Part shown: positions 25,007-37,108 of the stretch, one piece after another
Layout: each line of letters opens with the position of its first letter
Numbering within the stretch: the first letter of the stretch is position 1
NCBI GenBank assembly: GCA_030770535.1
Contig: JASVEC010000015.1
Location: forward strand, 682,001-746,000
From: Batkoa obscura
Lineage: Eukaryota
Length of the DNA: 64,000 nt
Direction of reading: 5' to 3'
Program-made: the position numbers and the translations under genes
The notes under the pieces: generated by a model
What the model saw: only the letters and a program-made list of their open reading frames with translations
Told to the model about the DNA's origin: nothing
The model's database searches: none

Positions 25007-26917
25007 ATGAAACCTTTAAAAATCAAAAGGTACATCCATGATATCCAAAAAGACAAACTAAGATCTATAACAACTAAAAAAGTTAATATCAAATTCCTTG
25101 GATATCGCCTAACTGCCTTAGAAACCGAATTAAAGCAAACACTACAAAAGTTAGCTCAATATCAAACTATAATATTTACCACTTCTACCTCTCAAGCTAC
25201 AATTCAATCTAATTTCTCACACTTAAAGCAGATCAAAGACTATCTAATATGGATAATAAATCAGCTAAATGCCCATACCAATAGTGAGATTACTTCAGAA
25301 CAGCAAAAGTATATAACTAATATAGATAGCTTACTAACAACATATACAACTGAAAATATAGATAATATAATGACGTTAAGAACGCGTAGCGGAAGAAGCG
25401 GGGAGCACATAGATGTCAAGAACAGCTGCTTTGATTATGGGACTTACCTTGAGTCTGGTCTACATCATTATCGCTTCCTATTTCAAGGCTCAGGGCTTCA
25501 GTTTGAGCCTGATGAGTTATTAACCAATTTATACCAAAAAAAGGCTACTTTTGCAAACTATACTACTTTGGCAGTATTTGGATGCTATAATCAACATCAT
25601 TATGATAATGTACAGTTTCAATCTATATTTAAAATGGTTTATGGACAAGCATGTAAGCTTATGTATCAGAGTTTTAATCAGGTCGGATTTGATACATTGA
25701 GAATGTTGATGTTATGTAATGAGATGGCGTGTAACGAAGGAGATATTAAAGTAACTCGAAAATTGTTTCCAATTGCTGTTAGGATGGCTTATGCCTTGCA
25801 GTTGGACCAAGTTCATTTATCACAGTTGGAAATGAGCTCAGAGAGTGAAAGCGAATTGATTATTAAAAAATGGAAAGTATGGAACAGTATGATTATATTC
25901 TATTTTACTAATCAAGAGTTTTTGATGGATAAATGTTTAAATATACGGCTGAGTGAATATAATTTGAAACTGAATAGTTTATATCAGTTAAATAATCAAT
26001 ATATCAACGATTTGAACTATAGTGCTTCTTTGGTTCGATTGCATATTCAAGAAATGCTATTAATCATTTGCAGTGATATTGATCACGAGTTAACGGCTCA
26101 ATATAATTTAAATCAAAAGAATTATAATATTGAAAGAATACAAATGATATTATCAAATTATTTTATACCATCAGTTAATTATTTAGATTATCAATTGAAG
26201 TTAAAATATAAGGTTAAAAACTTGGATAATTGTTTATGTCGTTTTAAAGACACTACTGTTGATTCATTAATTTATTACCATAGTATTAAAAATAGCCTTT
26301 TAATATACATGATTCAAATTTATATTATTACTCCTGGCATTATCACAGCACCTACCCCTGGTTTTATTACTAATAAAAATGTACTTATATTGATTGAAGT
26401 AGCTATCAAAATACACACCATTTATTTAATAATAATTTACAACTATTTTCAACAAGTAGTAAATCGACTAAATTCACACTCAAAAACTAATAATCTAATT
26501 CACAGTATTCAATTTTATTTAAACCGCCAACAGAATTCAATTCACACTCGACTGTCTATCCACTTAACTCAACTCATCTTTAAGACAATTCAATTGGATT
26601 CTCTTTTACACGCATTTCACATCTTTTTAATAGCCATTTCGGTTAAAGAGTACCAATTAAACTCTCTCTTCTCTTTGGAAAAGATTCGGTATTTTCAACA
26701 TTGTATACTTGAAATTATATCCATCATCCAACTTTTAGTTGATTTACAAGGTGCTCAAAGCACCTTTAATATGGCTCCAATTTACGCTACCATTAAAAAC
26801 TCAATTGCTAAGTTTGAATTGTCTGATGAGTTTACTAAGGAAATCCAATATAGATTTAATTTAGATACTCCTCCCACTCAATCCCATCCTCTTGTTGCAA
26901 TGGAAAGTACTTGCTGA
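25007..26917 (+). CDS. Fungal transcription-factor middle-homology-region (Fungal_trans-like) protein lacking a Zn2Cys6 cluster, paralogue 1
   Basis: 636-aa intronless ORF; N-terminal heptads RLTALETELK; AVRMAYALQLD...KKWKVWNSM resembles the MHR 'AxxMAxxLGL...RRRxWW' pattern. Confidence 0.65.
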   Translation: MKPLKIKRYIHDIQKDKLRSITTKKVNIKFLGYRLTALETELKQTLQKLAQYQTIIFTTSTSQATIQSNFSHLKQIKDYLIWIINQLNAHTNSEITSEQQKYITNIDSLLTTYTTENIDNIMTLRTRSGRSGEHIDVKNSCFDYGTYLESGLHHYRFLFQGSGLQFEPDELLTNLYQKKATFANYTTLAVFGCYNQHHYDNVQFQSIFKMVYGQACKLMYQSFNQVGFDTLRMLMLCNEMACNEGDIKVTRKLFPIAVRMAYALQLDQVHLSQLEMSSESESELIIKKWKVWNSMIIFYFTNQEFLMDKCLNIRLSEYNLKLNSLYQLNNQYINDLNYSASLVRLHIQEMLLIICSDIDHELTAQYNLNQKNYNIERIQMILSNYFIPSVNYLDYQLKLKYKVKNLDNCLCRFKDTTVDSLIYYHSIKNSLLIYMIQIYIITPGIITAPTPGFITNKNVLILIEVAIKIHTIYLIIIYNYFQQVVNRLNSHSKTNNLIHSIQFYLNRQQNSIHTRLSIHLTQLIFKTIQLDSLLHAFHIFLIAISVKEYQLNSLFSLEKIRYFQHCILEIISIIQLLVDLQGAQSTFNMAPIYATIKNSIAKFELSDEFTKEIQYRFNLDTPPTQSHPLVAMESTC

Positions 26918-28769
26918 ACTTTAGAATCTTATCAATCACATGAGCAATGTCGAATTGCGCCTTGGGGTTTTTGATATGGTTAATAATTTTTAAGACTTTA
27001 AGGATTTGAATAATTTTATGTTTAATATTTTGTTTATATTCTTTGCTTATGTCTGATAATAAGCATGATTGATTTGAAGATAAAAGTAATAGAAAAGTAA
27101 ACAATGGATACAGATAACAATCAAATTGTAACGAAGCTACATTTAAGTAAATCATAGCCTCGAATTCGTCAGTTGCAATCGGTGGGAAACAAGTGGCTAG
27201 ATATTCTTTAAGTTGTTGAAATGACTTTTCATTATGGTTTTGAGAAGAACTGAGATAAACCTGATTTAAGTAGATAAATGTATTTGCTTGAAGTAAATGA
27301 AACATTCGAATAGCAGCTTCTGATAATATGAGTAGTTCCTCTGTTGTCAAATCAATAGGCTGTGGATGATAATTAATTAACGGATAAATCAAAATGATTT
27401 GTAAATAATAAATTAAAACGCTTTCTTTAAACTGATGAAAAGTAGGATGAATTTTGCAACCTTGATTTTTAAACTGACAAAAGTATTTAGTGATGGTAAT
27501 ACTCCCTTGATCCATCTCATTAAGCTCTTTTCTTAGGAATCGGATGGAAGGTATGAAGTAGACTTTTAGTGTGTTTTGCATCTTATTATAAATTTCTATT
27601 GGTAGTCTAGCCTGATGGTAGGTTATAACCTCTAATTGTTTATAACTTCTTTTAATGTTCTTCATATGGTTTGACAGTACAATAACAATTTCGTGTAACT
27701 GAATGCGAAAGCAATCTAAAAAATTCAATAACCAAGTATCCACTGAATGGCTTTGAATCAAAGCTCGCAACTGCTCAAACTCCAATCCTTTGACTTCAAA
27801 ATCCCCGACTGAAGGTAGAGACGATAACAGCATATTATTCGTGACAAAAAATGCTCTTATACAATTCCATGTTATCCTTTTATGTAAATAAAGTTCTACA
27901 TCCTCATTTTGATCCACCAATAACCTATTTTCAATCCTTTTGTTCAGCCCTAATGAATACGCCATATTTAATAAGGGCATTGAAATCTTTTTTAGCAATG
28001 CAGTATCTGATTCATAAAATGTCAATGATGTCAACACCATCAAGCTTTTCAAATTTACAAAGCTAACTTCATTATAAACTTGATAAATGGATTTACACGC
28101 TTCATAATAGCTTTTTTTGAACATAGTCAGAAACCCAGGATCATTAAGAGATAAATAAAATACACAAAAAGAGGCCACCATTGCATGAGATTGGAAGTTT
28201 GGTTCTTTAGTTGTTAATATAGTGAGTACCTCTTCTCTACTAAAATAGAGTCCAGTGTCATACAGTCGACACTCAAGTGCATTTAAGCCACTCTGTAGCA
28301 AAGTTCCAAAATCCATACTTTTTAATACTATACCCACGTGCTCAGCCCCACGGCCTGCTCGATTTCTTAAGTCATAGATATATCTTCCATTGAATTTGAA
28401 ATAATCGTTTAGTAATATATCGAAGCTTTGTATTTCGGATTCCGTCAACGCTATACATTTTTGATTTAAAAGATGAAGTTTTGAGTTTGATTTAGCATGT
28501 TGTATTTGTCTTAATTGATTAATTATCCATTGTAAATAATTCTTCAATTTAATTAAGTTTAATAGATCTTGCGCATTATATTCAGTTGAATTGCTCCGTA
28601 TTGAAATCGAGCTGATCTGGTTAAAATAAAGAACTAGATGATCAAATGTAGCATCCAATTCGGTCATTCTAGCATTCATATCCTCTATTAAGGCTCTTTT
28701 CTTCGTTTTTGCCTTCCTCTTGGATATCCCAGCTGTTGTAGCTTCATATTCTAGTATTTTGAGCTGCAT
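26856..28769 (-). CDS. Fungal_trans-like protein lacking a Zn2Cys6 cluster, paralogue 2
   Basis: 637-aa intronless ORF; basic KRKAKTKKR plus heptads IEDMNARMTELD; LNMAYSLGLN...HKRITWNCI. Shares the LRxRxGRxxEH...D(Y/F)GTxLxSGL block with paralogue 1. Confidence 0.65.
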   Translation of the reverse strand: MQLKILEYEATTAGISKRKAKTKKRALIEDMNARMTELDATFDHLVLYFNQISSISIRSNSTEYNAQDLLNLIKLKNYLQWIINQLRQIQHAKSNSKLHLLNQKCIALTESEIQSFDILLNDYFKFNGRYIYDLRNRAGRGAEHVGIVLKSMDFGTLLQSGLNALECRLYDTGLYFSREEVLTILTTKEPNFQSHAMVASFCVFYLSLNDPGFLTMFKKSYYEACKSIYQVYNEVSFVNLKSLMVLTSLTFYESDTALLKKISMPLLNMAYSLGLNKRIENRLLVDQNEDVELYLHKRITWNCIRAFFVTNNMLLSSLPSVGDFEVKGLEFEQLRALIQSHSVDTWLLNFLDCFRIQLHEIVIVLSNHMKNIKRSYKQLEVITYHQARLPIEIYNKMQNTLKVYFIPSIRFLRKELNEMDQGSITITKYFCQFKNQGCKIHPTFHQFKESVLIYYLQIILIYPLINYHPQPIDLTTEELLILSEAAIRMFHLLQANTFIYLNQVYLSSSQNHNEKSFQQLKEYLATCFPPIATDEFEAMIYLNVASLQFDCYLYPLFTFLLLLSSNQSCLLSDISKEYKQNIKHKIIQILKVLKIINHIKNPKAQFDIAHVIDKILKFSKYFPLQQEDGIEWEEYLN

Positions 28770-29243
28770 CTCAAATTTTTTTTACAAAAGAATAGTTTTG
28801 TAAATTTATAGCTGTTCTTTGATTAATTTTTTGATCACGTATTTTTTTAAGACTCAATTTTGGAATATCTATATTTTTTTGTAATTAGCTTCTAGTTTAT
28901 AATTTAGCTTTTAGATTTTATTTATCTTTAAAAAGTAATACTGTTTATTTAGAGATAACTCCAAATAAGTTTGGTTTAACTTTAGGTTATAACGTTTATT
29001 TTTAATGATAGAGAAGCTAAAGAACAATAAAGAAAAAAGTAAAGTGAAAGTAAAAACTAGGTAAAAAATAATATTTTTATTAGTTTACACAGGTTTTTAA
29101 TCTTCTAACCTTTTGGCTTCCTAATTCGATCCAATTTTGGACTAGCTTCACACTTTATTGGTTAGAAAAGTAGAATGATTCTGCTATTATCAATAATTTC
29201 TAAAAAGTCCAAAAGCCAAATATTTTATCAAATTAATATTTAA

Positions 29244-30506
29244 ATGAAAATACAATTCGACTATTTACCAGATATCGTATTAGAAAGAGTGTTTCAACTA
29301 ATCAGACCAGAAGACTTAATTGATCTTAGCTTTTTGAGTAAATATTTATTCAGTATAATAAAGCGGGTCATCAAATCTAATTTAGCTTATTCTCTTTATA
29401 GTGATGGAAGATTTGATGAGTTACAAGTAAAGTTTATTCAAGAAAATGGCAAATTGATGAAAGAGCTACTTTTAGATGATCAAAATATTGGATTTATAAA
29501 GAACTGCCTCAATTTAAAGTGTATTAATATTATAGCATTTTACCAAAGTTATGATACAATTCCATCTAATATTAATATTGAACTACCAAAGTTAACGAAA
29601 TTATCTATAGATTTCTGTGAAGTTGCAAACATTTTAGAGTGTTTTAGTAATTATTTAAGCCAGATGGAAATAATTATAATTGGTGTAAATAGTGAAAGTA
29701 TTAAAGATGTTGTTAAGCATTTAAATCCAAACAAACTAAGATCACTCGAGATTGCTTGCAGAGAACTTTTTTTTAATCTTGACGGATTAGATATTATCAA
29801 ATCAAAATTTAACAAATTAGAAAAATTAGAACTATTAGCTTCAAAGAGCTTTTTCACAACTGCTGAACTAAATCCAAAGTTGAATTTCAATTCAAATTTG
29901 GAACTATCAATTAGCGGAAAGTTTGAGAATGGAGTAGGTATTCAAAGTTTTGGGGACCTAAAAAAGCTCAAGAGTATACAGTTAAGGGATTTGTCACGTA
30001 ATTTTTTCAATGACAACGATAATATAAAATTTATTGAGAAAAGTAATATTACTTCACTTGGGTACTCTAACTCTGGATGTCTACTTAGTTATGAATTTTT
30101 TAAGTCTTCAGCATTAAAAGAAATACATATTAAAAAATTCAAAAAAGAAGTCTTGAAAGGGATTCAAGGATTGCCAAATATCCAAATGCTTCATATTAGT
30201 AAAATAGCTTTAAATGAAATTAATCTTAATTATTTGAATTTGAATTTTTATAAATGTAAATATGTAAAAAAAATTTCAATTAATAATTTCAACACTACAA
30301 TTGGCAAGCTATTAACTTTTATCAAGTTATTTCCAAACCTTGAATTAATTAATGTTAGCTGTCTTACTCTTCAACATGCACTGTCAGAAATTGAATATCT
30401 ACCTACTACCCTAATACTGCTTGTTACTCGTATTGATCCTGTAACCTCTTTAGGTGCCTATAGGAGGCTAAAGAGCATCCCAAAATTAAATTTAATAGAA
30501 CTATAA
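29244..30506 (+). CDS. F-box / leucine-rich-repeat protein
   Basis: N-terminal LPDIVLERVFQLI...LSFLSKY F-box pattern, followed by LxxLxL repeats (LPKLTKLSI, LEKLEL, LKKLKSIQL, FPNLELI). Confidence 0.8.
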   Translation: MKIQFDYLPDIVLERVFQLIRPEDLIDLSFLSKYLFSIIKRVIKSNLAYSLYSDGRFDELQVKFIQENGKLMKELLLDDQNIGFIKNCLNLKCINIIAFYQSYDTIPSNINIELPKLTKLSIDFCEVANILECFSNYLSQMEIIIIGVNSESIKDVVKHLNPNKLRSLEIACRELFFNLDGLDIIKSKFNKLEKLELLASKSFFTTAELNPKLNFNSNLELSISGKFENGVGIQSFGDLKKLKSIQLRDLSRNFFNDNDNIKFIEKSNITSLGYSNSGCLLSYEFFKSSALKEIHIKKFKKEVLKGIQGLPNIQMLHISKIALNEINLNYLNLNFYKCKYVKKISINNFNTTIGKLLTFIKLFPNLELINVSCLTLQHALSEIEYLPTTLILLVTRIDPVTSLGAYRRLKSIPKLNLIEL

Positions 30507-31821
30507 TGACTTAGTGATCAATTTGTAATGTTTATCATTTAATAGCTATGAATAATAGAATAAAACCAGATTAGAATAATTTTTCTACTTTTATTTTTTA
30601 CGTTTATATCATAAAATAATAATTCTGTCCCAATATTATACATAATTTTGCACATATGGTTTATTTATACTGAGTATTAAGACACTTTCTTTGTATTGTT
30701 TTTATAATAGGTCCTTTAGCTATTTATTTTACTTATTTTTAGAATTATCCTTTCTCTATAAAAGCTTTACAAAGATTTATAATGTTTTAATAAAGTTGTT
30801 AAAATTTATGATTACAAACATTTTATATGAACTTTACTATATACTTTAGACAAAAAAAACTATTATAGCTTTATTGGATTTGCAGCTAATTCTGATGATA
30901 TAATAACAGTATCAGAGCTAAAAAAAACTTTATAATAATGATATTTTTAATGATATTGAACTTAATATCTAGACTCTTTTTAGTTGTCTAGGCTATCAGG
31001 TAATACATCAACTTTATATTTTAACTAATAGTACCTATACTTAATTGTGTTTATTTAGTATTATTAAACATTTATTTAAAGCACCTATTACATTAAAACC
31101 CTTAGATGGATCTCACTACCCGACTCATCTACCTCTTAATACCCATCGTCTTACAATCTACATATACTTGAAAATTATAAATATCATAAGTACAATTTAA
31201 AAAATCCAAAATAAATTCCTATCGATAATCAATCAGGCATTGGTTTTATATACACAAATTTAAGAATTGTCGATGTAATTTAGAAACCATAGAGTTGAAG
31301 CTCTCGAAGACTTTGCTACAAAAAAATTAATAAAAAGGTAGAAGGTTGGTTAAGAGATTGACTGGTAAATATAAGAAAGTAGCAAATATTGTTCTATTGT
31401 AAGGAGTGCTTTAACACATATTACTTTCAGTGACTGAGATATTGGTAATCAAGGTAGACACAGTAATTTTGTCAAAATATAGGTATACTTCTCTAAAGGT
31501 TTGCTTATTTGGCCAAGTCTAAAATTTCGATTAATATTGTAACTAGTTTTCTCTATATTAATTTAACTTTAAATTGCAAAATTTATATGACTTAATAAAA
31601 TTAAATAATAAAATGATTATTTCAGATTGTTTAGATTTAATTCAGAATTTTTGCAAAAAATCGGTCATTTAATTTGACTTGATCAATATTTTGTTCAATC
31701 CAAATTTTTGACCTGTCTCTATTGTTTTGCTAAAAAGGCAAATTACTTTATCATAGCTCATAGTTTGTGAGTAGATTTAAAAGTTGATTGCAATCTTTGT
31801 TCGGTTTCAATTTAGTCCAAA

Positions 31822-33060
31822 ATGCAACATAGTTCAAAGATTTACCAGACTGTCTGTTGGTAGTAATATTGACTAGTAGGCTAGAATATATACCTAATGT
31901 CCGCTTTTTGAAGAAATGCTTATGTGTCCTCACAAACCGAATTATTAATACTGTTCACTTTAGCCAGTTTACACAATTGGCAAATTTTGCAGATATCAAG
32001 AGAGATTTATAAATAAATATGAAGAATTAGTAAGGCATTTGATTGTAGCTGAAAAAACAATCATTTTATTAAATCATTTTTTTAACATAATATCAATATG
32101 GTTTAAGGGTAACTTTAGTCTCGAAAAAGTACTGTTGGTATACCGGAATTAATTGAGCCAAATATATTAACAATTATCGGTTCTGCTTAAGTGACTTAGC
32201 TGTTTTCAGGGCGTTTGAAACAGATCAAATCACTCAAATTTAATGGAAGTGACATAGTCATTGATCCATTCGCTGGATTATTTGATTTAAAAATATTAAA
32301 TTAAAGCATTTTCTTAGACTTCTTTGAATAAACACGGTTGAAAAATATGAAGAATGAGCGTGTCATATTTAAAATCTAGAATAGCTATTACAATGTCTAA
32401 TGAATTTGATCTAAAACTGAGGTTTAGTTCGAATTTGGACTTATTAGTTGAAAGGCAGGTGGATGAAAATGAGATGGTATTTGAAAGTAGCAAAGCTGTT
32501 AACTTGGGCTTCTTTGGCCTGCTTAATGCACAGAATTATGAACTTGTGATATTATCAGCATCAAGCAAGGATGTGTAAAAAGGTGTAGAGTATAAGTGAT
32601 AAAATAAATTTACAACCTACCAAATATCTAAAGTATTTTCTTTGATACAAGAGAAGTAAAAAAGTCATCAATAAGGAGGGATTTATTTCATACATGTAAA
32701 TATATTATCAAATTATGCTTGACAATTTTAAAGGTATTACTGATCAATCCTTAAATTTTATATCCGTGTTCCAAAATCTTGAAGTACCTCGAATCAACAA
32801 AACTAAAACTATACAAAATGTAGGAAGTCTACATCATCGATCTATAAACTCATTGTCTCTTGTTTCTCCTTTTAGAAATAATATGACCTCTGAGGCTTTT
32901 GAAATACTAAACACTACTACAAATCTATTTTAGTTCAAGTCATAGTAAATTTATAGTTATTTTATTATGATTTTGAAAGCTATAACTACCTGACCTCTCC
33001 TCTTTTATCTTTTCTAAGCATTTCTGTTCTATTGAGCTTATACAGCATTTTAATATTTGA
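31822..33060 (+). pseudogene. Decayed F-box/LRR-like gene
   Basis: FKDLPDCLLVVIL F-box-like start near 31833; LRR-like fragments (ITDQSLNFISVFQNLE) at 32715; many stops. Boundaries approximate. Confidence 0.45.
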
Positions 33061-33315
33061 GTTTTTTAAAATATTGCAATCATAAATAGCTAAATAAATA
33101 TTAGTATAGTTTTTATAACAATTACATTGTTTTTTAAATGAATATCACCATTAAAATAATATCATGTGCAAAAATCAAGACAGAGAAATGATACTTTGTC
33201 ATTTAATATTGAATATAAGAGTAAACATTTTAAAATAAGCAAAAGTCGTGAATAAAGACATCCAATTTTAATCGATAACATGGAATGAACCCAATAACAT
33301 TGTGGCTTTACATTT

Positions 33316-34202
33316 TTATTTCAAAAATAGAATCCGAAGTTTGAATGGAGCAGCAAACATATTGTAAAGATTTTGAATGGAATTAAACCAGCTCTTTAAA
33401 ACTGGATCTTGACGATGTGTAACAAGGTCATCAAATGTGAGAATTGAAATTATTTGAGCTGGCTTAATATGAACAAACATAATATAATTTAAATAGTATG
33501 TTTTGTCACCTTCTGAGTACTTGTTTTTAAATTATATTTCACCGAAGGGAATAAACAAATTTTAAACTGCTTCTTTATAATTTTTTTTATTGATGGTAAG
33601 CTCTTCCAAAGTTGTTTTTAAAGTTGCTTCTTTAGTGACAAAAAAACACTCTTTTTCTTTATTTCCTAATAAATTATAAACATCCATAACTACTGCTCTA
33701 GCTAATGGCATAAATGTTGTTGAATAGTCTTCCAAAAAAGTAGCAAATAGCGACCATTAAGGAATAGTGGTTTTTCTGGATATTTTTCTCGAAGATAATC
33801 TGCTATCTTTAATGATTTGTAAGTGATAACCCTCCATCATCGAGTTTTATAAATAGTATCTTACTCCATCCTAAATTGCTTTAGATTTAGTTAAATTATA
33901 AAATATGTTTAAGTTATTACCTTAACCCTGGAATTCTTTTAGAAATTTCAGTATACGTAAGACCATGGGAGCCAAATTCTATCCCCTAATAAATAAACTT
34001 AATATTTTATATCAAAATAGTAGTTTTCTTGCTTTATGTTTCAAAGTTAACAAACTGTACTACTCAAATGGACCGAAATGCTCACTATCCTTTCTATAAA
34101 ATCACAAAAACCAGACATCCTGATTTTTTAAAATTATTGAATTTTTATATATTTGTTTATGTCATCAAAGTAAAGGCTTTGAATGGTTTTGATTTTGTTA
34201 TA
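33316..34202 (-). pseudogene. LigE/beta-etherase-like glutathione S-transferase pseudogene
   Basis: Minus-strand fragments in order: HFGPFE*YSLLTLKHK, GIEFGSHGLTYTEI, KLDDG, SLKIADYLREKYPEKPLF, AVVMDVYNLLGNKEKECF, TKEATLKTTLEEL, EGDKTYYLNYIMF, DPVLKSWFNSIQNLY. In-frame stops and frameshifts. Confidence 0.7.
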
Positions 34203-35090
34203 TATCATTTTATATAACCTATTAAACTTTTAGTATTTACTATCAGGATTCCAGGAAGCTTTAGAGCTTGAAGTAAAATAACCCTACTGAAACAAGCTTT
34301 GCCTTAAGCCTTTTGGTTTAAACTTAAAACATTAACAAAGTTGATATATATGTAATATGGTTGGAGTTGAGATAATAGACTTTTGGTCTTTATAAATTAA
34401 TTGACTGTAATATTATGTAGCCCTATTTTTGTTGGTATCATACGTGTTCTTCCTAAATAGTAAAAGTATAAATGCAACAGTTGAAAAAATTCAGTTTGAT
34501 AATGCTTTACTTTTAGACTTGGCGAATATTTGGTATTAAAGTTATACCCTTACTGCTTCTTGAGCTACATCAATGATAATAGTTAAATAGGATTACTTAG
34601 TATAGGAACTTATGAAAGGGTGTTTTTTTGTTTAAAGGTTTATCTAGGATTTACCTTAAATGTTAAACTGCTTAGAAAATATTAAAGTACCTAAATGAGA
34701 AAAGATATACCACATCGATGTAAAGTACTTTAGTTCAAACCTTGACCGTTATAGCTAAACTGATATTCATTAACTTATTGGTTATAAAAGCGGGATTGCT
34801 TTGTACTAAATAAAATGGTTAAGCGACCATAGAGCCTACATGAAATAAAGTTTTTTGCTTTTATGCTCAAAGTGTTTTTAGTCTAAAGTAACAAATTTAA
34901 AGATCCTATGGAAAAATAACAAAAAAAGATTAAAAAAACAAAAAGCTAATGATAGGTTAGTAATGTTAAATGATAAGTTAGTAATGTTTAAATGCTACTT
35001 ATATATTTTTTTGATTTTTTAATATCATAAAATAAAGAAATTATTAAGTACTAAAAAAAGGATATAAAAATTTATTTTCTAAAAGTATAT

Positions 35091-35189
35091 GGGAGTGTCT
35101 TTTTTAACTTCATTATTTCTTCCATTTTTTAAGCGCTATCTAAACGGAAAATTTGCTAACAAAATTCTTAAACAGAAAAATACATCCCC
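35091..35189 (+). mobile_element. MITE copy (family 1)
   Basis: GGGAGTGT...ACATCCCC; ATAT on both flanks. Confidence 0.9.
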
Positions 35190-35751
35190 ATATCTTTAGA
35201 ATTTAATTTCATATTAAAAGTCCTAACTTTAATACTTTTTAATATAAATTTTCTAAATAAAACATATTATAAGTATGAGCAAGCCTTGTTTTTATATGAA
35301 ACCAATTTTTTAAAGCTTGACTATATACATTTATTATTTAAAAAGGCTTTTTTAACAATGGATATATAAATTCATTTTTAAAAAATCTTCCTTTATCTTT
35401 TCTTAAAAAAAATATGACATAGTAAATATTTTTTAAAGTTTCATTATTTGAAAAATGCTAACAAAATTTTTACTAGTAAAAGTCAAAAATCAAAAATTAT
35501 TATAGTTAAAATAAAGTTTGCTACTGAAAAGTATTTGATTTTTAGCTAAGCTTGGGAAGGTTTTTTGCAACCCCTGTTGGTCTAATATTAATAGCATGGC
35601 CAGTTTACAATATATTAATTCAAAATAAATAATAACATGTTTTTATACTTATTAATTTTTTTGGAATTTTAATCTATTGATTTATTAGCAATTTTTTTGT
35701 TTTTTTATCAAACTTCAAAAATGTTACTTTATGTTATATCCACTCTGCAAA

Positions 35752-37108
35752 ATGACAATAAAGCTCAATCAACTACTAAACATATTATTATAAAAAAGAT
35801 TTCAATTGCTAACCCCAACACTTTTATTTGAATTATGTTTTTTAGATATTTATTCAATATATCAGAATGATAGTAAATACAAATTGTATTAAAAAAAAGT
35901 TTATAAACAATACATTAATAAAACGTTTGTATTTAAATGGTAGCAACCTCAAGATGTTAAAAGATTGTCCAAATATATAACATATAACATCGGTGCAATT
36001 CTGTGATTGTAATGAATATGACACCAGTAGTATTCCTTTTAGTATTAGCATTAATTTACCAAACCTAAAAAAGTTGATCACATATCACTACAATACTATT
36101 GGAATATTAAAAGTATTTACGAATTGTTTTGACCAAATTGAAACAGTTTAAATATGCGAATTTGGCTTACAAAAAGAATGTATCGAAGATTTTATTAAAT
36201 ATTTTAACCAGAATATGGAGATGTATTTTTTTGTTCAAGAATTTCACTAATAGCTTTTCCACTCAAATATCGCCTAAAAAATGGAAAAAATAATGAAAAA
36301 ACTCATGTTAAATCATTTGAGTTATATTGTTTTGGTAATTTAAGCCCTGATGGGTTAAGTACAATAAAAACGAAATTTAGTAGCTTGAGATTGTTACATT
36401 TAGCTACAAATAAACATGTAGATACTTCAGTTAGACATGATTTAATATAGATTTCACCCATTACTTAATCAAAATTTTAAGGAAATATTGACCCTGGTTT
36501 TAATATTGATGTCCTCAGTAGCTTAGATAACTTAGGTAGCTCAAAGAGTCTGAAATTAATAGATATTTCCAGATATTCATTTAATGCAAATATAAATGTA
36601 AAATTAGTCGAAACTAATAACAGGCTTATTTTTGGTTGTTAAAGTTTAAAAGTTGCATTGATTATGAGTTAATACAATTATCTAGTTTAAAGCAGCTATA
36701 TGTTGATAACATAGCTTTGGAGTTATTTACCATGCTTCCTTTTTTAATGGACATTGGCACCTTCGTATTGAATCCCTAGAAAACAGGATCCAAAAAAGAG
36801 ATCGATATGAATGTTTCGATAGAGTTGATGATGATAAAATAGGATACCATGAGTGTTTAATTAACCAGAGCAACAGCTCCAACTTCAACTCTATAAAACA
36901 AACTACAATGAAATATTTGGATTCTTATATTAATAATTTTATCAATTTTTTGTTCTTGCTCCTAAGCCTTGATGTTATTAAAATTGGCCCTTCTAATTTG
37001 AACAGAGTAAAGCCAAATATTAGCTATAAACTTACTACTCCTTTATTGGTTGTTACTTCTATACTGTGCTATAGAGATTCAGAGATTTGTAATTTAAACA
37101 AGTGCTAA
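35752..37108 (+). pseudogene. Pseudogene paralogue of the F-box/LRR gene at 29244, interrupted by a MITE
   Basis: MTIKLNQLLNILL*KRFQLL vs MKIQFDYLPDIVLERVFQLI; IPFSISINLPNLKKL vs IPSNINIELPKLTKL; DGLSTIKTKFSSL vs DGLDIIKSKFNKL. Stops and frameshifts present. Confidence 0.8.
36217..36304 (-). mobile_element. MITE copy (family 1), one end shortened
   Basis: GGAGATGT...AAAACTC; flanks ATAT/ATGT; lies inside the F-box pseudogene. Confidence 0.85.

Noticed and set aside
34612..34713. Possible highly diverged family-1 MITE
   Set aside because: Only the start and end loosely resemble the consensus; no TSD.
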